Counted from the first letter of the stretch, positions 7,898 to 17,121 are shown. The stretch is DNA of 64,000 bases from an uncultured Candidatus Saccharibacteria bacterium (GCA_965231055.1 OZ246411.1:48334-112333); one strand, 5' to 3'. The notes: generated by a model from the letters alone, not told the origin. Made by a program: numbers and translations.

Positions 7898-8815
7898 ATG
7901 AAAACTCAAATCAAAGTAAAAAATCTCGTAAAAAAGTACAAAGGACTCACTGCCGTTAATGATGTTTCATTTGACGTGCATGAAGGTGAGATTTTTGGAT
8001 TGCTGGGAGAAAATGGTGCTGGAAAAACCACCACAATGGAAATTATGGAAGGACTTAGGAAACCAACATCAGGAAGAGTTGAGATTCTTGGTAAAGAAAT
8101 TGCCAAACAATCAAAATCAATCAAGCAAAAAATAGGCGTACAGCTTCAGTCCTCTGCCTATTTTAGCCTTCTTACTCTCAAAGAAATTCTTGAACTTTTC
8201 GGTAGTTTTTACGAAACACAAAAGGATCCTGATGAACTTTTGAAAATGGTCGCACTCTCAGAAAAAGCCAATTCATATGTAAACAAATTGTCTGGTGGAC
8301 AAAAGCAAAGATTTTCTATAGTAGCAAGTTTAGTAAACGACCCTGAAATAATATTTTTGGATGAACCAACTACCGGACTAGATCCATTAGCTCGAAGAAA
8401 TCTTTGGAAACTTATATCGCAAATTAAATCTCTAGGAAAAACAATAATCCTCACCACTCACTACATGGAAGAAGCTGAGACACTCTGCGACAGAGTTGCT
8501 ATTATGGAAAAGGGTAAGCTTTTGCGAATAGGCAAAACTCATGAGCTCGTAAATGAAATGCCCTATCCTTACAAAGCCAGCATAGTACTAAACGAACAAA
8601 ATAAAGACAAAATAAATTTGTTTTCAAAGTTCGGTGAAGTACAGGAAAAACAAGGCAAGAAAAACTATTTCAGCATCAGAATAAAAAGTCAGAAAGATTT
8701 GGACGACGTAATGGTGCTTATTCAAAAAATAAAACCAGAGGACTTCAAGGTAAGTAAGGCGAGTTTGGAGGATTTATTTATTCTCCTCACGGGAAAAACT
8801 ATTTTGGATGATTAA
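7898..8815 (+). CDS. ABC transporter ATP-binding protein (ABC-2 type)
   Basis: Walker A GENGAGKTT, signature LSGGQKQR, Walker [14 protein letters not shown]-loop; start at MKTQIKVKNL. Confidence 0.9.
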   Translation: MKTQIKVKNLVKKYKGLTAVNDVSFDVHEGEIFGLLGENGAGKTTTMEIMEGLRKPTSGRVEILGKEIAKQSKSIKQKIGVQLQSSAYFSLLTLKEILELFGSFYETQKDPDELLKMVALSEKANSYVNKLSGGQKQRFSIVASLVNDPEIIFLDEPTTGLDPLARRNLWKLISQIKSLGKTIILTTHYMEEAETLCDRVAIMEKGKLLRIGKTHELVNEMPYPYKASIVLNEQNKDKINLFSKFGEVQEKQGKKNYFSIRIKSQKDLDDVMVLIQKIKPEDFKVSKASLEDLFILLTGKTILDD

Positions 8816-8831
8816 TTAATATTCACTGTCA

Positions 8832-8853
8832 CCTCTGCCTGTCGGTAGGCAAG
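8832..8853. repeat. 22-nt motif CCTCTGCCTGTCGGTAGGCAAG (18/22 identical to the insert in the tRNA-Asn pseudo-copy)
   Basis: direct comparison with 3036..3057. Confidence 0.4.
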
Positions 8854-8915
8854 CTGAACTTGTTTCAAGGTCTATGGAAAGGAGAGAAAATGAAAGTTAG
8901 AAACAAGGATCTTAA

Positions 8916-9325
8916 GTCGTCGTCTTCCCCGCGAATGCGGGGATCCAGACACCACGTATGACTAATTTTAGGAGGGATAAATGAATAAAAGCTATTATGT
9001 ATATATTTTAGCAAGTAAGCGTAATGGTACGCTCTATATTGGTATAACCAATGATTTAGCAAGAAGAGTGCTTGAGCATAAGGAAGGAAAAGGCTCTATA
9101 TTCACAAAAAAGCATAAAGTTAATATACTCGTATACTGTGAAACCCTATCAACTGCACATGATGCCATCTGTAGAGAAAAACAACTCAAGAAATGGAACT
9201 GAAGATGGAAACTAGAACTTATTGAGACACAAAATCCTTTCTGGAAAGATCTATCAAAAGAATACTTTGGATACTAAACCACGACGACTTCTGGGTCCCC
9301 AATCAAGTTGGGGATGACGACGGGA
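8916..9325 (+). mobile_element. GIY-YIG mini-element with hairpin-containing terminal inverted repeats
   Basis: left gtcgtcgtcttccccgcgaatgcgggga; right tccccaatcaagttggggatgacgacggg (inverted); inserted between ABC ATPase and permease. Confidence 0.6.
8981..9202 (+). pseudogene. GIY-YIG nuclease family protein, interrupted by in-frame TGA (family-typical C-terminus continues to 9277)
   Basis: YYVYILASKRNGTLYIGITNDLARRVLEH; after TGA the frame reads RWKLELIETQNPFWKDLSKEYFGY. Confidence 0.7.
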
Positions 9326-9426
9326 GCATAGGCCTTATCGTAATTAGATGGAATGACGACTGTTTCAAGAACTGTTCGCAAAAGAAAGACTCCTAGTTAA
9401 AAACAATAACAACATATTATAAATAT

Positions 9427-10512
9427 ATGCTAAAACTTTTACTATCAGACATAAAAATGGTCATAAGAAACAAACAGGCTCTTTTCTGGAGCTTGATGTT
9501 TCCATTGGTTTTTACTGTTATTTTTGGATTCTTTTTTGCCAAATCAGATAGTTTTAGCGGAGGCAAAATTGGACTTATCAATAATTCAGATTCAGAAATA
9601 GCTATAAACCTAGAAAAAACACTGGATGAATCTGATACTTTTGAAGTTCAAAAACTTTCAAATGAAGACGAGATCAAAAACTTGATTTCAAAATCAAGCA
9701 TTGGAGCTGGAGTGGTGATCCCAGAAAGCTTTGGAGACATGAACCCAGAAAGTCCAAAACAGATTAAAATAGTATTTGATCCAGCCAACGCACAGTCCGT
9801 ACTCTCAATACAAGGATTTCTAAATAGCTATCTCACCCAAGTTAACTATCAAATTCAACAAGCTACTCCAATATTCTCCATAATCGAAGAAAAAACAGCA
9901 GGAGGAGAACTAAACTATTTCGATTTCGTGCTCGCAGGACTTCTTGGAATGGCCCTGATGAATAGCTCCATCCAAGGAATCGCTATCTCCATGGCAAAAT
10001 ACAGAGAAGACCAAATACTAAAACGCATAGGCACTACACCACTTAGAGCTTGGAAATTTGTAGCTTCGGAAGTTCTATCAAGATTGGTTTTAAATTTTAT
10101 ACAAATAGCGGTGGTTCTAATGGTGGGCTACTACGGATTTGGAGCACACATATACGGCAATCTCGGAATTATATTTTTGGTTGCACTAATAGGTGCAGCG
10201 CTTTTCCAGTCGATAGGATTTGCAATAGCCAGCGTATCAAAAACTACCCAAGCCGCAGAGGGTATGTCGGTTAGCGTCACTATCCCAATGATGTTTTTAT
10301 CAGGAGTATTTTTCCCAATAGACCAACTCCCTACCTGGCTAGGACTTTTTGTAAAATATCTCCCCCTCACTCCTCTACTCAAACTCACAAGGCAAGTAAT
10401 GCTCGACGGAGAATCTATGTTTACGAATCCTATAAATATAACCATCATCGGATGCTGGATAGCTTTTGCACTCACCGTTTCAATAATGCGATTTAAACTT
10501 TCGGAAGAATAA
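9427..10512 (+). CDS. ABC-2 family transporter permease
   Basis: 6 TM helices, ABC-2 architecture, downstream of the ATPase. Confidence 0.8.
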   Translation: MLKLLLSDIKMVIRNKQALFWSLMFPLVFTVIFGFFFAKSDSFSGGKIGLINNSDSEIAINLEKTLDESDTFEVQKLSNEDEIKNLISKSSIGAGVVIPESFGDMNPESPKQIKIVFDPANAQSVLSIQGFLNSYLTQVNYQIQQATPIFSIIEEKTAGGELNYFDFVLAGLLGMALMNSSIQGIAISMAKYREDQILKRIGTTPLRAWKFVASEVLSRLVLNFIQIAVVLMVGYYGFGAHIYGNLGIIFLVALIGAALFQSIGFAIASVSKTTQAAEGMSVSVTIPMMFLSGVFFPIDQLPTWLGLFVKYLPLTPLLKLTRQVMLDGESMFTNPINITIIGCWIAFALTVSIMRFKLSEE

Positions 10513-10542
10513 AAAATTATCAAGATTTTCAAATTAAAAAAT

Positions 10543-10568
10543 CCAGACAAAGCTGTCTGGTTTTTTTC
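10543..10568 (+). terminator. rho-independent terminator of ABC operon
   Basis: ccagacaaagctgtctgg + T8. Confidence 0.75.
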
Positions 10569-10578
10569 AAAAATAAAA

Positions 10579-10605
10579 GGCCGTGGTATAAAACACCAGC
10601 GGCCC
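10579..10605 (-). terminator. rho-independent terminator of 10633..11139
   Basis: ggccgtggt...accagcggcc hairpin + T-run on minus. Confidence 0.5.
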
Positions 10606-10632
10606 GATATAGAACATTTTGAACGGTAAGGA

Positions 10633-11139
10633 TCAAGTTTCTGTTTTTTTTCTTTCTGGGGAGCCATTGCAAACCAGTTGCCGTAAACAGTATTCTTTAC
10701 AACTATCACAATGACTCATGTGCACAACTGCATTTATTAGTCTCAGAATTATACCAGCATCGTAATCTGCGCCCTGAATAACAAACTGGCCAAATGCATG
10801 TTTGTGATTATCACATACATGATTCATGATTTCTTCTCTTTTGAGTGTTTCAGCCCACTGCCTTTCTCTCCAATACTCTGTACGAGAAAATACAAATGTA
10901 AGAATTGCGGAAAAACAGCACAACGCAATTAAAACAAGAGAGGCTATTGGCCCAAAGAGACCCCATTCATGCAATGCTATAGACACCACACATGCCACCA
11001 AACAACCGACGCAAGCTGATAACCAATCCGAAGATTTCATCTTAAACCCCTTTTTTGAAAGAGCCCCAATGGCTGTTAATGAAACAAAATGCATCATATT
11101 TCCTGACAATAAACTAATACAAGGATTCCAAAAAGTCAA
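10633..11139 (-). CDS. membrane protein with C-terminal Cys/His cluster
   Basis: TM segments plus HxCDNHKH...HCDSCKEYC. Confidence 0.4.
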   Translation of the reverse strand: MTFWNPCISLLSGNMMHFVSLTAIGALSKKGFKMKSSDWLSACVGCLVACVVSIALHEWGLFGPIASLVLIALCCFSAILTFVFSRTEYWRERQWAETLKREEIMNHVCDNHKHAFGQFVIQGADYDAGIILRLINAVVHMSHCDSCKEYCLRQLVCNGSPERKKTET

Positions 11140-11517
11140 AAAAATGGATACACATCACAAATGATTATATGAGAATTGAGGCAGTATTATATTTTACAAT
11201 TAAAAACAACCTCGCGGTCAATGACCACGAGGTATAAAAATGTGCTAACAAAAGCGACACCTATTGGCTCTCGATCTTCGTTTGCGGGATGCCTTTCTAT
11301 AGTTTCCCTGAAAATCCTCACCAATGGATTTCTCGGTTCCAGATTTTTGTCCCTTCATAAAAAGTACCACCGTAATTATCGAAAGGCCGATAACCACAAG
11401 CTCATAACCATCACCAAACACAGGATGAAAAATCAAAATAAGAAAAATAAGAGACATGATAAAGAAAATTCTAATCATCGCAATCTCCTCCTTATTAGTA
11501 AAGAACAATTAAGAAAA

Positions 11518-12513
11518 TTATCTACCGACAACCAATCTACCACAAGCCCCTGATACATCACGTCCAAATCTAAACCTTTCCACGGTATTTATATCTGCGC
11601 GCTCCAAAATTTCTTTAAAAGTCTCGGCTCGATTCTCTGATGAAGGTTTGAAGTTTTCTACCTGATTACACAAAATCAAATTTACTACGTACGGATACTT
11701 CAATTGCTTTAGCAAAACCACGAGTTCTTTGGCGTTTTCTATGCGATCATTTATACCATCAATCAAAACATATTCAATCATAACTTTTCTATGAGTTGCT
11801 TCCATGTAATCCGAAATGGCTTTGAGTATTTCTTTGAGCGAATTCTTTTTGGCAAAAGGAATGAGACTAGATCTAAGTTCATCATTTGGAGCATGCATAG
11901 AAAATGCCAGATTGTATTGGTCTTTTTCCTCGGTAAGCTTCTTTATTCCATCTACAACTCCCACAGTAGAAAAAGAAATCTTGCGCGCACTTATTTCAAA
12001 ATATTTCTGTATAAATTTAGCCGCCAATATCACTTCGTCATAATTTAAAAACGGTTCCCCCATTCCCATGAAAGTAACGTTTGTGACTCTTGCATTGTCT
12101 TTTTTAAGCATCCTTTCAAAAATCAAAACCTGATCCACAATCTCCATATAAGTCAAACTGCGCTTCAAGCCCATGGAACCAGTAGCGCAAAACTTGCATC
12201 CGAGTGCGCACCCCACCTGAGAAGAAACGCACACTGTATTTCTATTATCCTTGTGCCTCATCAAAACCGCTTCAATTTTTAATCCATCATCAAGAGTAAT
12301 CAATACTTTTTTGGTATTTTTATCTGCCGAGTTACTGACTTTGTAATTTATTTCCAATGAAAAATCTTTTTTGAGTTTTTCTCTGAGTTCTTTGGAGAGA
12401 TTTGTCGCCATGTCCCAATTTTCTATCGCCTTGGCATAAATCCACTCAAAAACCTGCCTCTCTCGAAACGCAGGTTCGCCTTTCAATAAATTTTTGAGTT
12501 TTTCTATTTGCAT
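11518..12513 (-). CDS. rlmN: 23S rRNA (adenine2503-C2)-methyltransferase RlmN (radical SAM)
   Basis: CVSSQVGCALGCKFCATG radical-SAM motif; RlmN N-terminal QIEKLK..ERQVFEW. Confidence 0.85.
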   Translation of the reverse strand: MQIEKLKNLLKGEPAFRERQVFEWIYAKAIENWDMATNLSKELREKLKKDFSLEINYKVSNSADKNTKKVLITLDDGLKIEAVLMRHKDNRNTVCVSSQVGCALGCKFCATGSMGLKRSLTYMEIVDQVLIFERMLKKDNARVTNVTFMGMGEPFLNYDEVILAAKFIQKYFEISARKISFSTVGVVDGIKKLTEEKDQYNLAFSMHAPNDELRSSLIPFAKKNSLKEILKAISDYMEATHRKVMIEYVLIDGINDRIENAKELVVLLKQLKYPYVVNLILCNQVENFKPSSENRAETFKEILERADINTVERFRFGRDVSGACGRLVVGR

Positions 12514-12548
12514 ATATGAAATTCCAATCAAGCATACCAAAACCACAT

Positions 12549-12580
12549 AAAATTAAAAGCTATCCCACGAAGATAGCTTT
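12549..12580 (-). terminator. rho-independent terminator
   Basis: aaagctatcccacgaagatagcttt 9-bp stem + T-run on minus. Confidence 0.6.
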
Positions 12581-12610
12581 TGAAGAGCAATTTTGATTGT
12601 ACAAAATGAA

Positions 12611-12901
12611 TTAGTCACAATTAATCCAATTATTGCAACTGGAACAAATGTCAGAATGAGTTTCGTCAATAGTTTTGCCTTCTTCCCGTGCAATGCGTGC
12701 ATTTCTGCGAAATTCCCTGCATTCGCTTCTTATCCAAAATTGGAAAAGCGCTGCAAGGATCAATCCCGGTAAAACCGCAAAACCCATCCAAATTCCTCCC
12801 AAAAAAAACAAATCGATCAACCACGAAACAATACCAGCTACGAAAGCGAGAAAGAAACCACCCCAAAAAGTCGAGATCTTGTTTCTTATTGCATCCAGCA
12901 T
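12611..12901 (-). CDS. small membrane protein with C-terminal Cys-rich tail
   Basis: 2 TM + CREF..CSSCNNWINC. Confidence 0.4.
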   Translation of the reverse strand: MLDAIRNKISTFWGGFFLAFVAGIVSWLIDLFFLGGIWMGFAVLPGLILAALFQFWIRSECREFRRNARIAREEGKTIDETHSDICSSCNNWINCD

Positions 12902-12931
12902 ACAATTTCCTTCTTTCCGCAGATACTCTGC

Positions 12932-13234
12932 TCAGTATATTGTTTGATGAGAAAACCACTTTCTACACCTATTGCATCTTGCCAGGTGATTTGGATCGAT
13001 TGATTTTCCGAGACCACAATAGGCCTTCCTATAACTCTTGCATTTCGAAAAATTAACTATCAGCCAAGCAACATAAACTAGCGCAAAGATGGGAGCGAGA
13101 AGAAGAGATTCTCTTGGCAAAAAAGTAACTTCAGAAAAAAATGCAAAAGGAGTAAGCACTATGCAAATTACGAACAAGGTGAAAAAGATTTTTCTCATAA
13201 AAACCTCCTGTGAAAGAACTATTACCGCAAACAC
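12932..13234 (-). CDS. small membrane protein with C-terminal Cys-rich tail (paralogue-like of 12611..12901)
   Basis: 2 TM + CKSYRKAYCG..CNRCRKW. Confidence 0.4.
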   Translation of the reverse strand: MFAVIVLSQEVFMRKIFFTLFVICIVLTPFAFFSEVTFLPRESLLLAPIFALVYVAWLIVNFSKCKSYRKAYCGLGKSIDPNHLARCNRCRKWFSHQTIY

Positions 13235-13326
13235 ACCATACGATCACACTAGCCCAACGCCATAAAAATTGCAAGTTTTGGCATAAAAAAAACAGTAAAT
13301 TATTACTGCCCTTTCTAATAATAACA

Positions 13327-13899
13327 TTATTGTTTTGCTGTTCCCCTAGCTAGCACTTTATCAAAAATAGCACATTCTTTGCTTGGCACATCAGCAAGTG
13401 CGATAGTGATATTTGAATTACTAAAATCAATTTCTTTTTTCTGTATTTTGGCCAAAGTTATCGCGGTAGCCCTGTGATGACCTTCAATGCAGGCTATCTG
13501 ATTCGTATCATTTCGCCTCAATCCTATAAACTCCGTATCAAATGGCATAGCATTCATAATTTTTAACACCCCATCGTTTTTTGCATACTTTTCATATTTT
13601 TTAAGAATAGTGAGAAGCTCAGCAAATGTGGTTTGGTTTTTCACGGCCAATCCCTCTTGCCAACCATTAAATGGCCCAATTAGCATTTCCGGAACTTCTT
13701 TTGAGGGATCAGTAAATTTAAAAATCTGCCATTTTCTATTGGGACATCCCAATTGATCTGCAGTAAAACCTCGCCAAGATTTCCAATCAGGCCAACCTTT
13801 GATCTCGGTCGCACATTTAATCCAGCCAGGATTACTGGCTTCTCTTTCTTCCCAGCCCTTAAAAATCTGATCCCAGGTTGTTGATTTGATCAATTTCAT
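13327..13899 (-). CDS. hypothetical protein with ParB/sulfiredoxin-like GHHR motif
   Basis: CIEGHHRATAITLAK resembles the ParB/Srx G-x-H-R-x-x-A motif; tentative. Confidence 0.35.
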   Translation of the reverse strand: MKLIKSTTWDQIFKGWEEREASNPGWIKCATEIKGWPDWKSWRGFTADQLGCPNRKWQIFKFTDPSKEVPEMLIGPFNGWQEGLAVKNQTTFAELLTILKKYEKYAKNDGVLKIMNAMPFDTEFIGLRRNDTNQIACIEGHHRATAITLAKIQKKEIDFSNSNITIALADVPSKECAIFDKVLARGTAKQ

Positions 13900-13950
13900 T
13901 AGTTGAAAACTAAGTTTACAGGCCGAAGCATCATGAAGTGATGCGAAGGC

Positions 13951-13964
13951 CTGGTCGGGGCGAG
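13951..13964 (-). repeat. 14-nt direct repeat of the tRNA-Pro 3' end (ctggtcggggcgag), att-like
   Basis: identical to 14753..14766; adjacent 35-nt hairpin 13919..13953. Confidence 0.45.
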
Positions 13965-14218
13965 TGAACGAAATCCGAACTTTTTTGTGGGAACATCTGG
14001 ATGATTTCCATGCGCCGGATTTCTCTTAAACAAGCTGATTTCATGTAAGTAATAATAGCAGAACAGACAAAATCGACAAGTCTTGACTTGCTTCTCATGA
14101 GAATAAATTTTGTGGAAAAGAAAAAGAGGTTCACCATCTCAGTGGCAAGCCTCTCTTCAACTATCATACTCGAAGATTGCTCAAACAGAAGATTATTCTT
14201 TTTTGTCAGCAACTTTTT

Positions 14219-14464
14219 TTAAGTTGTTCCCATCTTTCTTCTACTGAGAGGATTCCGAATTCCTCCAATTGAGAAGAAATTATTGAAAAATGCTTCTCCT
14301 TCTCCGAGGGTTTCGAAATCTGATGTCAGTATGCGTGTTTCTAACTCCAGTGTTATTGCCTGACAATGAGCGCAACTGTGAGCATGCTCAGACATAATAT
14401 CCATTTGCTCAGGAGTAGGTTCTGTTTCTTGTTCCAATAGCTTTTTATACTCTTCACAAGTCAT
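14219..14464 (-). CDS. zf-HC2-like putative anti-sigma factor zinc-finger protein
   Basis: MTCEEYKKLLEQ...HAHSCAHCQ matches C-x(n)-H-x3-C-x2-C. Confidence 0.4.
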   Translation of the reverse strand: MTCEEYKKLLEQETEPTPEQMDIMSEHAHSCAHCQAITLELETRILTSDFETLGEGEAFFNNFFSIGGIRNPLSRRKMGTT

Positions 14465-14586
14465 AATTAGTCCTCCCAGCTGATATGTTCAGCTTTTTGA
14501 ATTATTAAATGAACCATATCTTTACTATGCTTAGACAATTACATTTTTTACTAATTTTGTCAATATCTTAAAGGACAAGAACCCTG

Positions 14587-14602
14587 ATGGGATTCGAACC
14601 CC
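14587..14602 (-). other. tRNA 3'-end-like fragment (GGGGTTCGAATCCCAT)
   Basis: T-arm-like 16-mer without 5' half; same 14-mer as at 7289..7302. Confidence 0.4.
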
Positions 14603-14753
14603 ACAATTTACCTAACCCAAGCGAAAAACCGGCTTTTGACTGGTTTTTTTCATTTTCGTTCGAACTTTTCCTTCTGGATTTTCGGATCTTTATTGAGCTT
14701 AGGTTAGCCAAAAATGGAAAGTTGTAGGTATTAAAACAACAACCTGTTGCATC

Positions 14754-14831
14754 TGGTCGGGGCGAGAGGATTTGAACCTCCGGTCTCATGCACCCCATGC
14801 ATGCACTTTAGGCCAGCTAAGCTACGCCCCG
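14754..14831 (-). tRNA. tRNA-Pro (anticodon GGG)
   Basis: acceptor CGGGGCG/CGCCCCG, anticodon stem CATGC/GCATG loop ATGGGGT, T-arm GGAGGTTCAAATCCTCT, CCA. Confidence 0.9.
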
Positions 14832-14884
14832 ATAATAATATTCGCTTGTTATAAAAATTTTCACACAAAACCTAATCAACTACA

Positions 14885-14933
14885 CCTTAGGCCAGACCCG
14901 AGGGGTCCCCCTTGGGGCTAAGCTACCCCCCGA
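14885..14933 (-). pseudogene. truncated tRNA-Pro 5' pseudo-copy with 22-nt GC-rich palindromic insert in the D-loop
   Basis: CGGGGGGTAGCTTAG + ccccaagggggacccctcgggt + CTGGCCTAAGG, then diverges. Confidence 0.55.
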
Positions 14934-14999
14934 AAAGCTAAAGACATAAGTCACTAGCTAAATAGAATATACCTCAAATAAAACAAAAATCAACCCATA

Positions 15000-16682
15000 T
15001 TACTTTGATTTTTTGTTTTTAGTACCTTGTTTGATCGCATTTTCTACAAGTCCCAAAAATAATGGATGAGGATTTAGGAATTGAGATTTGAGTTCTGGGT
15101 GATACTGAGTTGCTATGAAATAAGGATGCTTTGATGGATCAAGCTCGATAGCTTCCACCAAGAGCCCGTCGGGACTTACTCCCGCGATATTAAGCCCTGC
15201 TTTCGCAAGAGAATCTCTGTAAGCCAAATTGAACTCGTAGCGATGCCTGTGTCTCTCCGCAACCAGTGCGGATTTTTTAAATATCGGGTTTTTGTATTTA
15301 TTGTAAACCGAATACATGAGACTGCTTTTGTCTATTTTGCATGGCCAAGCTCCGAGCCTAATAGTTCCACCATAATGCTTTTTTGCAATGAGTTCTTTTT
15401 GACTATTCATCAAATGAATCACCGGATGAGGAGTTTTTGGATCAACTTCTTCTGAATTCGCCTTTTTGAGTCCTACCACATTTCTAGCATATTCTATAAC
15501 CGCCATCTGCATACCAAAACAAAGTCCGAGATACGGAATTTTGTTTTCTCTGGCAATTCTCACTGCTTCAAGTTTTCCTTCAACTCCGCGTGATCCCCAA
15601 CCTTGTGGAATAATAATAGCATCAGAATTCAAAAGTTCTTTTTGTTTGGATTTATCTTTTTCAAATCCATCAGCGATAAACCATTTGATCTCAGGAATTA
15701 CTCCAAGCTGCCAAGAGGCGTGCTTTATGGCCTCAATCACGGAGACATAAGAATCTTTTACACTAAAATCTCCGCTTTTGTAATACTTACCTACTATGGA
15801 AATATTTACTTTTTTTGTAAGCTCTTTAATTTTATTAGTCCTACTTTTCCATTCGTCAAAAAGCCTGCCTCTTTTGGCTTTTTTAATTCCCAAACTTTCC
15901 AATATTAGTTTGCCAACCTTTTCTTTTTCAAAATTTACGGGCACATCATAAATACTTTTTACATCGGGCGCCGAAATAACTCTCTTGCTATTCAAGTTAC
16001 AAAAGTACGCGAGCTTTTTTCTTCTTATCTCATCGAGAAGATGAGTTCCCCTAGCTACGATAAAATCAGGAAAGATTCCGTAGTTATTTACCATTCTTAC
16101 TGAAATCTGAGTGGGCTTGGTTTTCATTTCCCCAAGAGTAGAGGGAATAGGAAGATATGACACATGAACATGCACTACATCATCTGGATTTGCTTGTTTC
16201 AAAATCCTGTTCGCCTCAAGGAAAAGTGCATTTTGATATTCACCCACAGTTCCACCAATTTCAAAAATAACCACTTCTGCCCTGTGACGCTTTAGTGCAG
16301 AACCAATTCTATTTATAATCTCCCCTGGAACATGTGGCACCACTTCCACGCATTTGCCATCATACCCCAAAGCTCTTTCTCTGTTTATAACTGATTGATA
16401 GACAGAGCCAGTGGTCATGTAGTTTTCCTTGGTCAAAAGATCACCGATAAAGCGCTCATAATGCCCCAAATCCATATCAGTTTCAAGTCCATCCTCAAGC
16501 ACAAAAGTCTCTCCATGTTCCATGGGATTCATGGTACCTGCATCCACATTTACATATGGATCTGCCTTGATAGAAGTAACTTTGACTCCATAGCTTTTCA
16601 GTATGAAGCCGAGTGAGGCTGCGGTAACACCCTTGCCTACCCCAGAAATCACTCCCCCTGATACGAAAATGTATTTTTTCAT
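15000..16682 (-). CDS. pyrG: CTP synthase PyrG
   Basis: N-terminal synthetase GGVISGVGKG, C-terminal GATase GLCFGMQ, H/E triad region. Confidence 0.95.
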   Translation of the reverse strand: MKKYIFVSGGVISGVGKGVTAASLGFILKSYGVKVTSIKADPYVNVDAGTMNPMEHGETFVLEDGLETDMDLGHYERFIGDLLTKENYMTTGSVYQSVINRERALGYDGKCVEVVPHVPGEIINRIGSALKRHRAEVVIFEIGGTVGEYQNALFLEANRILKQANPDDVVHVHVSYLPIPSTLGEMKTKPTQISVRMVNNYGIFPDFIVARGTHLLDEIRRKKLAYFCNLNSKRVISAPDVKSIYDVPVNFEKEKVGKLILESLGIKKAKRGRLFDEWKSRTNKIKELTKKVNISIVGKYYKSGDFSVKDSYVSVIEAIKHASWQLGVIPEIKWFIADGFEKDKSKQKELLNSDAIIIPQGWGSRGVEGKLEAVRIARENKIPYLGLCFGMQMAVIEYARNVVGLKKANSEEVDPKTPHPVIHLMNSQKELIAKKHYGGTIRLGAWPCKIDKSSLMYSVYNKYKNPIFKKSALVAERHRHRYEFNLAYRDSLAKAGLNIAGVSPDGLLVEAIELDPSKHPYFIATQYHPELKSQFLNPHPLFLGLVENAIKQGTKNKKSK

Positions 16683-16705
16683 TTTGGTTTTGATTAAAAA
16701 ATATT

Positions 16706-16743
16706 AAATAAAAAAAGAGTTTCAAGAAAAAAATCACTCTTTT
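16706..16743 (-). terminator. rho-independent terminator
   Basis: aagagt..actctt hairpin + T-run on minus. Confidence 0.55.
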
Positions 16744-16749
16744 AAAATG

Positions 16750-17085
16750 CTATTTCAAAGATAAATATATAGCAACTACTCCAAATTTATTTTCCTCTTC
16801 TTTACTGTAATACTTTGCATAACAAGAAAGCACATCTTCAACACTGTCTGATTCACTAAATCCAACCTTAACCAGATCAACTTGCTTATTTAATTCCTTA
16901 AAAGATTTAAAAACCCTCAGTCTAGTTATGGTGGCTTCAATAGACGAATCGTCTTTAAGATTCTTAAATTGAACAACATCCCCGATTTTCAATGCCCGTC
17001 TCTTTTCATCGTTAACTCTAACTTCAATGGTTTTTATGCCATCTTTTACCATTTTGAAGTCAACTGGGCCCAAGTGCATCTTCAT
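16750..17085 (-). CDS. ASCH domain protein
   Basis: MKMHL..VKDGIKTIEVRVNDEKRR pattern of ASCH/PUA-like fold. Confidence 0.55.
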   Translation of the reverse strand: MKMHLGPVDFKMVKDGIKTIEVRVNDEKRRALKIGDVVQFKNLKDDSSIEATITRLRVFKSFKELNKQVDLVKVGFSESDSVEDVLSCYAKYYSKEEENKFGVVAIYLSLK

Positions 17086-17121
17086 TATATGTATTATCTA
17101 TAAAACTACAATAATAAAAAT

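Noticed and set aside
9200-9202. Alternative genetic code (UGA=Gly, code 25) suggested by in-frame TGA in GIY-YIG gene
   Set aside because: Long conserved genes (uvrA, glmS, dnaG, groEL) are intact under the standard code. TGA is used as a genuine stop for the RT and flavodoxin genes. An isolated TGA is therefore more likely a nonsense mutation or error.
13931-14212. 93-aa minus-strand ORF
   Set aside because: Overlaps the 35-nt hairpin/att-like repeat and has no motif. It is kept only as context in the tRNA-Pro repeat finding.
14568-14798. 76-aa minus-strand ORF
   Set aside because: Overlaps tRNA-Pro and the tRNA-like fragment, and has no coding signal.
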